Assembly: GCF_018977255.1 (NCBI RefSeq)
Contig: NW_024704743.1
Location: forward strand, 32,056,001-32,120,000
DNA length: 64,000 bases
Direction: 5' to 3'
Source: Callorhinchus milii
Lineage: Eukaryota
Below, piece by piece: positions 24,507-38,172 of this stretch (the stretch's first letter is position 1; each line of letters opens with the position of its first letter). The notes below the pieces were generated by a model. It was not told where the DNA came from, made no database searches, and saw nothing but the letters and a program-made list of their open reading frames with translations. The translations under genes were made by a program, and so were the position numbers.

Positions 24507-24924
24507 AGGCGGGGGTGTTGTTTGAGTGAGTGGAAAGAGAACAGTACAATGGAACCAAACCTTTAGCTGACAGTTACCCCATTCACTGCTTTCCCAGAAA
24601 CATCATGCGAATGTCAAATATATTATGCAATGAGTGTAAACGGTGTGTAAATGTGCCATGTGTAATGAGTGGGTTAGATGCTAATTATCTACTATTAACG
24701 TTCAGAACCAGAAGAGTGACATTTGGAAAAAAGTTAGGCTGAACATGTACCAATTGTTAACTATGTTTTTGTTGTTCATGAATTACAGCATAAATCAGGG
24801 TGTGGTGGTTTTGAAGAATGGGAAAACCAGAAGTAAAATCGGATATCCAACTGGTAGCAACAATAGAGCCAGGCTTCTTTGTGATGATCACTTTTATTTT
24901 ATTGTTATCAAGAGCAGTAGACAA

Positions 24925-26190
24925 AACAACAACAACAAAATTATATTTATAGATCGCCTTCCACGTGGGGAGGATGTCCCAAGGCGCTGGACAGTCAGGG
25001 GTCAGTACTCGAGCATGGGGAAGGGGTGGTGTAGGGGTGAGGGAAAGCAGAGAGGTGGGAGGGCAATCGAAGGTACGATCGAAGAGGAGAGTCTTGAGAC
25101 CGGCCTTGAAGGAGGCGAAGGGGCTGTGGGATGGAGTTCCAGAGTGTGGGGAAAGCCCGGCCAGCGATTGTAGGGTGGGTCGGGTAGGAGTCATGTAGCA
25201 GGCCAGAGCCCGCTGAACAGAGGGAGCGGGCAGGTTGGTAGGGAGTCAGCAGGTCAGAGAGGTAGGAGGGAGCAAGGCCATGGATTGTCATGGTGCGCAT
25301 GTGGCAGAGAAAGGACAGTTCAGAGTCAAATAAGACACCCAGGTTCCTAACTTGCTTAGTGAGGTTGAGTGTGCATCCGTGGAGGTTGATGCTGCCAGCG
25401 CCCGAGGTGCGAAGGCGCTGGCGCGAGCCAATCAGGAGGGCCTCAGTCTTTCTGGCATTCAGTTGGAGAAACAAAGCCACACAAGACGGTGCTGGGGCTG
25501 GAGGAGAAGCTGTTTGCAGAGACAAAGTGGAGGCGATGTGAAAGGTAGGACCTGAACTAGTCAAGGACAGAATATTGAAGGTTGAGGTGGGAGGAGAGGC
25601 GGTGGAGGAGGATTGAATGGTCCACAGTATTAAAGGTGACGGAGAGGTCAAGGAGGACGAGGAGGCAGATGGAGCCCTGGTCACACATGGTCAAGATGTC
25701 AGGGTTAGCACAGAAACCCGATTGGAGGGACTCATGGAGGGAGTGGGAGGAGAAGAGGAGAGTCTGGGAGGCAATGGCTCTCTCAAGGACCTTGGATGGA
25801 AAAGGGAGATTTGAGATGGGCCGGTAGCTGGATAGCTGTGATGGGCCAAGGGAAGGTTTCTTCAAGGTGGGGCTGATAGTGGCTGTTTTGAGGGGGGTAG
25901 GAACAGTGCCAGATGACAGGGAGAGGTTGATGATATCGGCGAGTAATGGGGCAAGGAGGTGGAGCTGAGATTTAAGGAGAGGGGTGGGGATGGGGTCCAG
26001 GGAGCAGGTGGTGAGCTTCATGGAGGATATGATGGTGATGACAGAGGAGGGGTGACAGGTTCAAATGTGTAGAAGGAGGGATGGGTAGTGGTCAGCGTGT
26101 GGTGGGGGTAGAGAGGGGTTGGAAGTTGGGAGGGCAGTGGCAGCTGAGCAGATTCCCTCAACTTTGGACTCGAGGACATCCACCATGAGG
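24925..26190 (-). mobile_element. Decayed, internally deleted L2
   Basis: ORF pieces [23 protein letters not shown] and [14 protein letters not shown] in shifted frames; (GTT)n tail. Confidence 0.9.
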
Positions 26191-26615
26191 TCTCCTTAGA
26201 GCTGAAGTGCTTCCACGGTGACATGCCTGGCAGCGGAATGTCAGAATCAAGTTAACCCTGTTAACCCTGGAAGCGAAAATCCTAAAGGTGGTTCTAGCTG
26301 GACAAGCAATGGGAAAGCTTGACGGACAGCAATATTAATGCATCTATGCGGTTTTAGTTGATTAAACTGTAGCAGTATCCCAACTACACTCTGGGGTCCC
26401 TAAGCCTTGGCTCTTGCCAACCTGCCCTAATACTTTCCGAAATTAGGCAAGCAAGATGGGTCCCTCTAGGGAAAGAGTGTGCATACCATTCCAACAATCC
26501 ATCTCTGGGATTTCTATGTGTAGGTGGGATGTATGGAAATCACAACTTGGTTTGGATACTCTCAAGCATGGTGATGGGATTCCGCAAGTGTCAGACACCC
26601 AGCTGACCAAAAAAA
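26190..26615 (+). repeat. Unclassified dispersed repeat; other copies at ~4255-4697(+), 6280-6620(-), 35210-35450(+), 50712-50790(+), 55671-55700 and 56100-56470(+)
   Basis: Shared blocks gtctccttggagctgaactgg...ggtgacatgc, caatggcaagctatgcgg...ctccagcag and ttggtttggatactcttaagcatggtg. Confidence 0.75.
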
Positions 26616-27186
26616 ACAGTGAGACACAAGACATTTAAATCCTGTCTGCCAGCAGTTCAGAAAGATGTTAAAGATACCATGACACTATTCAACAACAACT
26701 TCCACTTATATAGCGCCCTTCGTGTCGTATCAGAGCGCTTCAAAAAGAGAAGGGAGTTTCTCCCACTATCCTGGCAACGATCCACCAAAATTGCTCATTT
26801 ACTGAATGTCTCTTTGTGAGACATTGCTGTGTGAAAATTGGCTGTCACGTTTGCCTACCAAATACACAATCACTACACTTGACAGTAAATTCTGTGAAGC
26901 GCTTTGAAATGTCCACCCGATGTGAAAGGCACTATATCAAATGTAAAGGTTATTATTATTATGTTACTACAGTTTAAATTACTCTGTAGAGGTAGTTTTC
27001 TTAATGGTTTTCAGTGATGGGTCAGCCAGACCAATAACACTAACATTTTGCATATGAATGGATGTATAATAATAATACGCAAATTTTAACAAAATTATTT
27101 TTATTATTATTATGATGTGCAGGTTTTGAATCTTTTGATGGATTTCTACATGGGCGAGATTCTTTCTGATTTGGAGATGAGACTAT

Positions 27187-27503
27187 ATAATAATAATAAT
27201 AATCCTTGCATTTGATATAGCACTTTTCACATCTTCTAGACGTTTCAAAGGGCTTCACAGAATATGCTGTAAAGCGAATTGACCGTATATTTGTGGGCGA
27301 AACGCGGCAGCCAATTGCGCACAGCAGTGTCCACAAACAGTCATGGATTGAAAATAACCAATTTATTATTGTTTTGTTTTGGAGGGATTATTATTAGGTG
27401 TGTGGAGTAAGGAAACTTGCCCAAGGTTTTCCCTGCCTGGAATTGAACCCAGGTGTCTCGCTTGCAAAGCGAGTGCTCTAACCACTAAGCTTCAGGATTC
27501 CAC
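27187..27503 (-). mobile_element. tRNA(Ala)-headed SINE, short subfamily
   Basis: Full length; head-to-head with an internally deleted plus copy at 27616-27794. Confidence 0.92.
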
Positions 27504-30500
27504 AAGACTAAGCAGCCGTCATGTGAAGAACCACAGCCCCATTACATAAGTAACATTGTGGTTCCTAGAAGTTAGATGTAGCATTGTTTTTGTTAGAAAT
27601 TTCTCTTAAAATTCTGTGGAGTCCTGTAGCTTAATGGTTAGAGCACTCACAAACAGAGGACCTGCATTCGATTCCCAGGCAGGCCGAAACATTGGACAAG
27701 TTTCTTTACTCCACACTCTCTGTTCATCTAGCAGTAAGTAAGAACCCAGTTGAAGATGTGATAAGGTGCTTTCTCAAACACGAGGATTATTATTAAAGTC
27801 AACACCCAATCTGATGGGTGACAATCTAAGTGAACAGTCATTTTGAGCTTTGTTTTTACTGTGCAAATAATAAGAATTAATGTACAGCACCCTTCACTAA
27901 TTAATCCCTAGTTTTGCAGTAACAGAAAGCTAGAGAGTCAACTAATTACTGTAACTAACTGGAGTATCAGCCTTGAAACCACCATCCTAGGCTTTCACTC
28001 CAATTCAATGCTGGGGACGTTCTACAAGGTTTGGTTGAAATGTTAAACCGATTGTCTGTTCAGGTGGTTGCAAACATCCCTTGGCACTATTTGAAAACAG
28101 AAAGGATTTCTCCCAGTGTCCTGGCCAACAATCCCCCAGATAAAATTGGTCACTCACTTCACTACTGTTGGTGAGACATTGCTGCGTGCAAATTGTCTGC
28201 TGTGTTTGCTTGCAAATACAGAGTTACTAAACTGCACAATAAATCCTGTGAAGCCCTTTGAGCTTTTGGCAGCACGATAAAGCATGATATAAAATACCAG
28301 AATTCTTACCATTATAATTGTGTAGTTCTATGAAATACCTGTCAAACCACTTCAAGCATTCATACTCAAAAGGTTAATCTTGTGTGAAAAAAAACGTCAA
28401 ATTGATTTCCAATGTATATGGTGGTTTAGTTCTGCCCTCAACCACAATGAACATCATACATTGTGCAAAGCCCTGTGAGTAGCTATGCAACTGATAAACA
28501 AACAACACAACATGGTCATCTCTGACACATACAACACTGTACAAAATCACAAATAATCTACCACTTGGAAGAGCTTGCACCACACCTTGTGATTCCCTGC
28601 AGCGCACCAAAAGGCAACACAACCAGTTTTACTACAGTACTGTATATGTATTCTGGAAGAGTGATTTCAAAACAGTCAAAGGGCCTGTTGCATCTGAACC
28701 TCTCTTGTGACCTCCATCTCCAGGATGTCCACAGCCCATAGCACATTATTCTTCCCTCTCCACTATCGCCACTGACTTTGAATAGTGGAGAAATTACTCA
28801 CTGGGTATAAAATTGTACCAAAATCTCTTCCTCCATTCTCCCCCCCCATTGTATCATTGAGCCTCAATCTGACCTTCAAAACTATTAGCATTGAAACATT
28901 TAAACTCAGACACAATGTAACAGCCAAAATACGGTAGGTCCCAGCAGTAATTTACAATGTTTATACTATGTAGATACTATCTCAATGCAATAGGGACTGC
29001 TCATAATGTAAGAAACATTGTTTGAACCAAGAATCACACATTCTCAGTAGAAGAAACAAATAAACATCAAAGTAAAGGCTGTGCAGAACAACAACAAATG
29101 GTATTTATAAACTGTAGCGCCTTTCACGTCAAAAGGACGCCCCAGAGCCTTACAGGCTAGGAAGGAACCAGATTCAATCCCCAGGCTGCTGAGTAAGTTG
29201 ATCTCAACCAGGACAGCCATTGAGCGGTACAACTGCATTGGACTCTATATTTGGGCTAAGCAGAGGAGAGAAAAAAGACGAAGAGCAGCCAAGGGTTTCT
29301 ATTGCTGATCGCGATCTAGTGATTCCTGTGCGTGTATACCCATGGCAAAAACTACAGTACATTTCACCCATAAAATATACAGTTTGTAAAGTGAATTGAC
29401 TCTATATTTGAGCTGTGGTTAGAGCACTCGCCTCGCAAGCGAGAGACCTGGGTTCGATTTATGTGAGTGCAAAAATATTAAAATGTGGAACTAGTTATTC
29501 AGCGGACTTTGCACATTGCGAGGTTATTGGAGTGTAGCATGAGGTCTAATTTCTAAGACACAACGTCAATGCTTTTTGGGGAAGGAAGTGGGGAATTAAA
29601 TTCCTCACTGCAACCTTATTCCACCAACATTACTGGCAACTGCTAGAGCAGCCAAATGATCTCAGAAGCCCCAAATTGTTTTATAGGCATTAGTCAGTCA
29701 CTGCATGGCTGTTTGTGAGATATTACTGTGTGAAAATTAGCTGCTGTGTTTATTGCATTTTTCAGTAAATCTTGTGAAGCACTTTGAGATGTCCTCTAAT
29801 GTGAAAGTCGAATGAAATGATAATTATTATCGATTTATTTCTGCACCCATTACTTCTGTTTCTGTTCTGTTACATAGACATAGACAGGAAAGAGCGAAAT
29901 AAAGGCCCAGGTGCCCATCAAGTTTGATCCTGGGAGAATCCTTCTCCTTCCACCTAATGCACAACATTCACCTACACATCTGTCCTGGCGCTCGTCTCTC
30001 ATTTCCCTCCTAGAGGAGGCAAATAATCAGAGAAAACAAATTGAAACAAGGCTAATTTGGAGAAAGAACAATTCTCTTGGAAAATTCCATTCTGGCTCCC
30101 AAAGGCAGTCAGATGAATGCATCACCAACATTACTCAATATTCTCTTTATCCTAGTATTGTACTCCCCAACTGACATCATATGACTCACCGTTGTAGTCT
30201 GTCATATTATAGGAAACTTATTTGTGCAACGAACATGTAACTTCCGCCTACCCTATTTGTTGTTTCCTCTACTTACAGCAATGTGAAATCAACAATAGGA
30301 ACCTCAGATACCTCATCCTTTACCAAAGCACTGAGGCACTAAGGTTAATTCAAGTCCCAGTGGCCTAGGAGGTAAATGTACCAACCAATGAGCACTGGGC
30401 CTATAGACCAGAAGGTTCATAAGTGCAATAAACAATTAGTTGCCTTTAATTACCTTCCCTGAATACATTTTCCAACAAAGATTCCTGAATAACTATTTTA

Positions 30501-31742
30501 GGACTAAAATAAATCTTTCCCTGTGGTCCAATGGTTTATTTTTGGTGGTTATTTATTGACATAATATTGGCCTGGCCTAAGATACAGTGTCAGCTCAAAT
30601 GGCAGGAGAAAGCTACTAGTTCAGTATTTGTCCTCTTTTTCTGAGGTTTGGAGTGTCCTGTTACCCCTGAAGCATAAGGAGAGCCAATGAGGAGTCTTAG
30701 GATGAATGCTTATCCCCATTGTATGGGGCTGCAAGCTGTGCTGTCTCAAATGCAAGGATTATTATTGTTAAATTATTACAATAATTTAATAATTAAATTG
30801 CTTCTGTGCCAGTGACGATATTACTAGTTAATGTCTGAAGAAGCCACTTGAGATGGCCCATGATTACGGAGAATGGGGATGTGAATCAATTTAGCTGAGG
30901 TTTCCACTGCTGAACACTAGCCATCAACTGGCCCCACAATACTGGAAATATATGAAGGTAGGGCCATTGTCAGTTGTGATGCTCTAATGCTGAAATAACC
31001 AAGTCACGTTCGCTGTCCAGGATTTCAAGTGAAGAACATGTGCGTGAAGGGAAGGGGAAACCATTCAATGCCATACCTGAGCAAGACTCAAGAATTTCAA
31101 ATGAAAGCATAAAATTACAGGACTGGTGGGTGAGGGGAAGAGAAAGTGAGGAATACAAAAACAAATTTAATGGTCAATTCAATTCATTTCATTCTCATCA
31201 GTTCAGTGAATGATCCCAGACTATTTCAGCATTTGTGGCTCCCAGCTAAGCCTGATCTAGCCCTCATATATTTTTGTGTTCCTATTAAGCATCAAACTAC
31301 AGTGAATTCCTAATAACAAGATATTAGCTTCAGTAGTCACTACCACTTAAGCAGCCATGCTGTCAATATCTCGGCCATTTCCCATGCAAAATGTTAATAA
31401 GGGCCTCTACTCTACTTCACTCCACTTAATACATAATCAGTCACATTCTAGAAATTCTTGTATGTACTTACAATGTAAAATTTATTGGATAACTCATCCT
31501 ATAAGATGGTGTCTTGCTTCGCTGAGGCCTAGCCTGCCAACCCTCACTGTCAAACCTCACCCATTAATAATGGCCACTTACCCAAGAGAACTGAGGGTAT
31601 CAAGCACCCAGGAATCTGTAACTCCAATAGAAAGAAACAAATTTCTTCAATATACCCCCAGGAAAGGAATAGAGATGATAATAGGCCGGAAAAATTAATT
31701 GGTTCTCAACTATACTGTCCACTATATCTCCCAAAGGCACTC

Positions 31743-31895
31743 AACAACAACAACAACAACAACAAGATTGCATTTATAGAGCGCCTTTCATGTTGGGAGG
31801 ATGTCCCAAGGCGCTGGACAGTTAGGTCGGGACCCAAGCAGGGGGGAAATGGTCAGGATGAGGGGAGGGAAGGGAGAGAGCGAGGAGGGGGTAGA
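31743..31895 (-). mobile_element. L2 3'UTR/tail fragment
   Basis: Matches the young L2 3'UTR and (GTT)n tail. Confidence 0.85.
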
Positions 31896-32880
31896 TATTT
31901 TATGGACACTCCATATATAAATAACCAAACAAACATTTAATATAGTACCTTTCTTCCCGGCGCTATATTAAATGTTTGTTTGTTTATGAAAGCTTTTCAT
32001 TGGATATTTACAATAAAGTGTAGTGACTGTGTGTTTCATAGGAAAGCATGGCCATCAATTTGGTAACAGCAACGCTCCATAAACATCCATAATAATATAA
32101 TAATAATAATCGTTACATTTGATATAGCACATATAGCACATTTCACATGCACTTCACAGGATGTACTGTAAAATGTGGTGACTGTGTATTTTGTTGGCGA
32201 ACCATGAAGTGAATAACCAATCTTATCTGGGGGAATCATTGGCCAGGACACAAAGTGAAACTCCTTTTGCTTTTCAAATAGTGACTTGGGATTGCATATG
32301 GAGCGTATGCACGCACTGCATACACAGAATATCAACATGTTAACAGAGCTGCAGGTGTCACTGTGAATCTATTCTTCTGGTTACAGTCAGAGGTCGGTGA
32401 ATGATGCATCATCATAAGGTAAGAATTAAGGACAAAAAGTGCAGACAGTGGGAATATGGAAATGCTCCATGGATCCAGGCCTGAGATAAACAGAAAATCT
32501 ACCATTTCCAGCCAGGGTGCAAAAAGATGCAACTACAGTCGCTCAAAAGGTTAAACGCGTTGTGGAAAATACCTTGGGTTGAAAACAAAGTCAAGGAGGA
32601 GCCTTGAAAAAACACCGACTTAATCTTGACAGCCAGATTTATCACAGAAAACTGCAGGGGAAATAATGGCATTTAAAAAAATCTTTCAGTTTGGCCAACA
32701 TATTTTCAATTCCAACCACATTACTTGTGAAGGGCGGGTTTGAATGTTATCAAGTGAGCCCGGCTAGAGTTCAGACAAGGACGGATATCTGAAGGTGAAC
32801 AAAACAAAAGAACAAAATGCTGTCACTTTCCATTCATCCATGAGCTGTCACTGGAACAATAACTAAATCCCATACAAATT

Positions 32881-32943
32881 TCTCTCTGTCTCTGTGTGTG
32901 TGTGTATGTGTGTGTGTGTGTGTGTCCCTCTCCCCCCCCACTT

Positions 32944-32978
<35 letters not shown>

Positions 32979-32995
32979 CTCTCTATCTCTCTATT
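32881..32995. repeat. Compound (TG)n/(TC)n microsatellite; further (CA)n at ~33137-33158 and (CT)n/(GA)n at ~33690-33842
   Basis: Read directly. Confidence 0.95.
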
Positions 32996-33195
32996 TACCT
33001 ACTCTACTGTATGTAGAGTTGCTGTGTCAGTCATTTCCTCAGTTGTATTTTATTTTTAAACAAAGCCCGTGGAGCAAACGTCTGGGATGGAGGGGGGGGT
33101 TGGGGGGGTTGGGAAAGATAAAGTGGGGGGAGAGGGACACACACACACACACACACACAGGTAATTATAAACCTGAGCTTATTTTTGGTGCATAC

Positions 33196-33700
33196 CTTGG
33201 CCCAGTGGAGTGGAACTGTAGCTCTTTTGCTGGGAGAGTTGCTCAGAGGTTGAGGCGACTTGTCTTTTTAACTTCTGTTGCAGTCAGTGCTGAGCTGATC
33301 CAAAGCCGACTTGGACCTGGAAATAAACAACCCCACAGGACCCAGACCCTGGGCGATCCTCAAGTCAGTCAAGAGTCAGTCAGTCCTCCTGCGATCAGTG
33401 TACGTGTTGGAGCTGATGGTTTTTTTTCCTCCTCCCAGAGAAAGGTGACTCATCTCACAGCCACAGCCACAGCACAGGGTTTTTTTTTTTTTCCCCCCCA
33501 CTTTGGGTTCAGGGGCGTCGGATCCTCTCTGGACAAAAGCTGCTCCAGCACTGGAGGCACCTCTGCTCGACTCCAGCTCTCAGCAGCAAGTTACCCAATA
33601 CACCAGACCACGTCAGGAGCTGCCTCCACCCACAGGAGGTTCTGTGGTTCAGAGCAGGAAGCCTGGTGCTGACTTCCTTCTTTTTTTCTTTCTTTCTTTC
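33196..33700 (-). other. RNF144B: Putative non-coding first exon / promoter region of RNF144B (5' end uncertain)
   Basis: Coding exon 1 has an acceptor, so an upstream exon is required. Minus-strand donor CCAAG|gtatgc at 33196/33195 lies in a transposon-free, GC-richer block flanked by microsatellites. Confidence 0.45.
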
Positions 33701-33812
33701 TCTCTCTCTCTCTCTCTCTGGCTGGTGAGTACACAGTACTGTACTGTGCACCAAGGGGGGAGCTCACATTTTTTTTTAAACACGTATGAGACAGACAAAC
33801 AGACAGACAGAC

Positions 33813-33843
<31 letters not shown>

Positions 33844-34599
33844 TCAGCCTTGCAATCCCCACTGCTCTTGTGGCCAGTCCTTGCTGGAGTCCTTAACACC
33901 TTCCTTAATGCTGTGCAAACTCGAAAGTCCATTTTTGTTCTTTTTTTTTTGGAAAAAAAAAGCCCCACTACAGGATCTGAAATGATTTGGGGGTTTTTTT
34001 TTCAAAAAAAAATACAACGTCAAAAATAGCAAAGGAATAACATGCAAAATTAGAGATACAAAATGCAAACGTCCTGATTTTATCAACAGAGGGGATCTTT
34101 TCTTTCCCTTTTTTTTCTCAGCAAAACAACTTCAACCCCACCCCCCCCAAATAAATGGACAAACAAGTGGTTCACTCTCAACTCCACTTTGTTGCAGGAG
34201 ACTGCTGAGAAGCACTCAGTGATCGCCTGTTTCTTCTTACCAGTCTTCTGTCAGTGAGCTGGCAGCTCGCCTATATATCTCACAGGACACATTAACCATT
34301 AGGTGGCTGCACTCCAGGACTCCACCCAGTGTCAAAAATGCTATATAAATGCAAGTTGTTGTTGTTGTTGCAGCCTTTGAGACCATTCTCTGGTAGTCGA
34401 AACTGCTAAGGAAATCTTAAATGTCCAAAGATGGTTTAATTCCTATGAACCACTAGGAATTCATCCTTTTGTTTAAAAAAACTGACCGCAATTGATCTGG
34501 CTGTTGGGAGTTGGTTATTTATAAGTTGTATTTTTAAAGAGACTTTTTTTCACATAAAAAAAAATCAGGATTCGATTACCATTGCTATTTCCACTAATG

Positions 34600-34882
34600 G
34601 GGAGTCAGTGATCCCAGTAATAAAATAGTGGCAAGGAAAATTAAAGGAGAGTTTAGCTGAATTTTTTTCACACAGAGAGTTGTCGGGATGTGGAATGTCC
34701 TGCCAAGTAAGGTGGTGGAGGCAGAGTCAATTGTGGGTTTCAAGAGGGAAGTAGACAGGTATATGAAGGGTAGAGAGGGATTTGGGTATAAGACAGGGCA
34801 GTAGAATTTAATAATACCTTGCTCTGAGACCTGTGCAGACTTCATGAGCCCAATGGCCTGTGCCGTAAATATCTGATTCTGT
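34600..34882 (+). mobile_element. CR1 3' fragment
   Basis: FFTQRVVGMWNVLPSKVVEAESIVGFKREVDRY motif on the plus strand. Confidence 0.8.
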
Positions 34883-35838
34883 AATACTTGTTTTTCATAA
34901 ATATGGTTTCACAGGTATCAGTTGCCCTCCAGAACCTTGTTAGAGTACCCATTCCTCCTCTGATCACTGACAACAAATGTCGACAGGTCGTTTGATCATC
35001 ATAGGGCATCAAAGCCGAACCCCGTCTTCTCCTCCTCTGACATTCACATGTGGACTCTCCTTCTTGGTAAACAGAAACTCCACGGAGCTTTGTTTGACAA
35101 CAAAATATCAGAATTGAGTCAACCTTTTCTGTGGTGGCCGAGGTCGTATGGTCCTTGAGTCAGGTGAGTTCTCAGTTCTCCAGGTCATTGCCAATGACAG
35201 ATCAATCAGCCTGGCTCATCAGCAGGATCTGGATGGGCGGATTGGGAATTTTCCCACTCAGCTCCTGTTAATCCTTCAAGCCAAAGCCCTAACAGATAGG
35301 ATGGTCTTAGCTAGACAAGCCAAGGGAAGCTTGTTTATTATTGTTATTATTATTATTATTGTTTATTATTGTTAGACATTGCTCTCAATGACAAGCTTTG
35401 TGGTATTAGCTGGTTAAACTCCAGCAGTACTAGCCTTTCAAGTCTATATGAAAGAGTCTTTAGCAAACCTGTTGTTTGGAAATGAGAATATGTATTATTG
35501 TGATCATGCTCATGTCATGTTGACAATGTGTTCAAATGTAACTTATATTATTCCATTGTTTGTTTGTAAATAAATAATTAAATAAGCAGTTTTTCATGAA
35601 GTTGGTCAGCCTTTCGGTAGAGATAGATATAAGGAATAGTTTAGAAAACTTCTGAAAACTCCACCATCAGTGCTTTAAGCCTTCAAACAATGTTCTTAGG
35701 AGAGATGCCTTGCTCTAATCACAAATGAGCAAATAGCTGTGCATGGAATGATAACAATAACAGCACTTTATACAGTGCCCTTCATGTAGGATATTGTTTT
35801 GGAGTGCTTCACAAATGACAACATTGAATGCTGAGCAT

Positions 35839-36110
35839 TCTTTGACCGAGCCTTCAGCTCCCCTCTCGACTCTCTACCCCCTCCTCGCTCCCTCCCTTCC
35901 CTCCCCTCACCCTGACCATTTCCCCCTCCTCGCTCCCTCCCTTCCCTCCCCTCACCCTGACCATTTCCCCCCTCCTCGCTCCCTCCCTTCCCTCCCCTCA
36001 CCCTGACCATTTCCCCCTGCTCGGGTCCTGACCCAACTGTGCAGCGCCTTGGGACGTCCTCCTGACGTGAAAGGCGCTTTATAAATGGAATCTTGTTGTT
36101 GTTGTTGTTG
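35839..36110 (+). mobile_element. L2 3'UTR fragment with a triplicated ~45-bp unit
   Basis: Young L2 3' end; unit ctcctcgctccctcccttccctcccctcaccctgaccatttcccc at ~35881, ~35926 and ~35972. Confidence 0.9.
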
Positions 36111-36894
36111 AGCAAGCGAGAAGGGGGAGGAGTGAAGGGGAGATGAGCAATGAGTAGTTTTCTGGGAAAGATTTAAAGATAGGTAAAGAAGCATGGTGTT
36201 CCAAAGGTTAGGGGTGTAATAGCTGACTTGATAAATGCACAGCTTTACATATTATTGTAGCTAAAGAGAAGCTATCATGGTTCATAAGTATTCAGAATTT
36301 TTTAGTGTAAGATATCAAATAATAGGCTGTAATGAACAATTTGTTTAATAACGTTTTGAATCACGAGTTAAAGATGACGCTTAACATTTGTCAAAGTGGT
36401 CTTGGCAACTTCCCATCAATTTCAGTAAGAATAATATCTACATAGAAATTGAAATTAGAGCATGGAAGAAGGCTATTCACCCCATTAAGTGTGAACTTAC
36501 AGTACAATGCGCTTATTTTTTCTACAGTTGGACAGGATTCCCGTGTTAAAGTCATATATAATACCACATTTTGGCCACTTGTAATTGCCATACTCTCCAG
36601 AATAAAGCAAACTCTTCTGATATCAAGCTGCTTTTCTTAATATCTCACAAAACAGTTAAATAATCATTAGCCTAAAAATGCCATTTGTCATTTTGCTCCT
36701 CAACAAAGGCCTTTGCTCTAAGATTGAAACCTTTATTTGCTTTCATTATCCTGGGGCCATGATGAAAGTACAGGTTAGCACGTCTTGATTAGGTTTGCAT
36801 TTTCTGGTACATTTTTTGCAAGCAAGGCAACATTCCAGTGGTATGTAAGTATGGTGATTGATCTTTTAAACTCACCTTGCTTGCATTCATTATA

Positions 36895-37330
36895 TAATAA
36901 TAATCCTTGCTTTCGATACAGCGCCTTGTCACATTGTCAAGCCGACTCAAAGCGCTTCACAGATATACTGGAAAGTGGATTTGCTGTGTACATTTTGTGA
37001 GTGAAATGTGACAGCCAGTTTGCTCACAGCAATTTTCCACAAACAACCATGGAATGAGTGATCAATTTTATTTGTGGGACACCAGGAAAACTCCTACCCT
37101 TCTCTTTTTGAATAGTGCCATGGTATCTTCAACGTCCACCTGAACAGGCAGACGGCACCTCAATTTAATGTTCAACTGAAGGACAGCTCCTCTGACAGTG
37201 CAACACTCCCACAGCATTGCATTGGATTCTCAGCTTAGACTATGTGATACCAAGTCCTGATGTGGGGCTTGAAACCAAAACCTTCTGACTCAGAGGCGAG
37301 AGCGCTATCACTGAGCCAGGCTGACACACA
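36895..37330 (-). mobile_element. Older DeuSINE (SacSINE1-like), near full length; further fragments at ~11020-11430, 16960-17220, 27950-28300, 38800-39100, 40390-40850, 44810-45150, 45410-45695, 49490-49790 and 56830-57200
   Basis: Head gtcagcctggctcagtgatagcgctctcgcctctgagtcagaagg and central gtctgcctgttcaggtggacgttgaagataccatggcactattc match the recalled DeuSINE/SacSINE1 consensus. Confidence 0.75.
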
Positions 37331-37854
37331 ATTCTAACAGAAGACTCCCGCATATAGCACTGTAATGAATTTCCGAGGAAGGGTAATTATGTGGACCCAA
37401 ATAAACACATGCTAGCACATTCCTCTATCTAGCAATCTATGCATTGCTTAAACATGCAGGTGTGTTCCTTTTGCCTACAGCCAAAGCTGCAACAACAAAC
37501 TATGGATTGCTGCTCCTAGATGAAAAGATATTCCCTAATACACTGTATAATTCCTGAAATTCTGTATTAAAGAGCAGTAGAGGTATCAGATCCTAGTGCT
37601 GTCTCTTGAGTGCAATGCTTTCACTGGGATTACTAGATGAAACATTATACCAAGACCCATCGGCCTGTTTTTCAGGTGAGCATTAAAGATTCCAAAGAAC
37701 TATTCAAAATAGAAAGGTGTTTCTACAAATAGCCTGCCAACAATCCTCCAGATTATTTGCTATTCACCTTAAGGCCATGCGTGAGGCTTTCCTGCCATAA
37801 AACACTGTCATGTTTGCCTTTTAAAAAAACAGGTATGATTTATTGCTCCTTCCT

Positions 37855-38172
37855 AACTTTGCCACCTACGGACCCCATATCAATTTGTCCGCTCCCTCCA
37901 CTCAGCACGCTCTAGGCCTGCTTCATGTCCCCCGTCTCGCCCACCCCACCATCGGCGGCTGGGCCTTTGGAACTCCATCCCATATTCCCTTCACCACACT
38001 TCCTCCCTTGCCTCCTTCAAGGCGCATCTCAAAACCCTCCTCTTTGACCAAGTCTTCGGCCATCCTCCTACTCTCCCCACCCTCCCCGATCCCGAGTCCC
38101 AGCTCAGGTCCAAACCCCTGACTGTCCAGTCACTTGGGATGCCCTCCCAATGTGAAAGGCGCTATACAAATG
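37855..38172 (+). mobile_element. Older L2 3' fragment
   Basis: WNSIPYSLHHTSSLASFKAHLKTLLFDQVF in frame, followed by the L2 tail. Confidence 0.85.

Noticed and set aside
32896..33985. 258-aa and 160-aa plus-strand ORFs
   Set aside because: Non-ATG starts, microsatellite-derived runs (CVCV, SLSL, THTH) and no recognisable domain.
34235..34280. TATATA plus a minus-strand GTAAG donor as RNF144B exon 1
   Set aside because: Normal TATA-to-TSS spacing would leave an exon under 10 nt; unsupported without transcript data.
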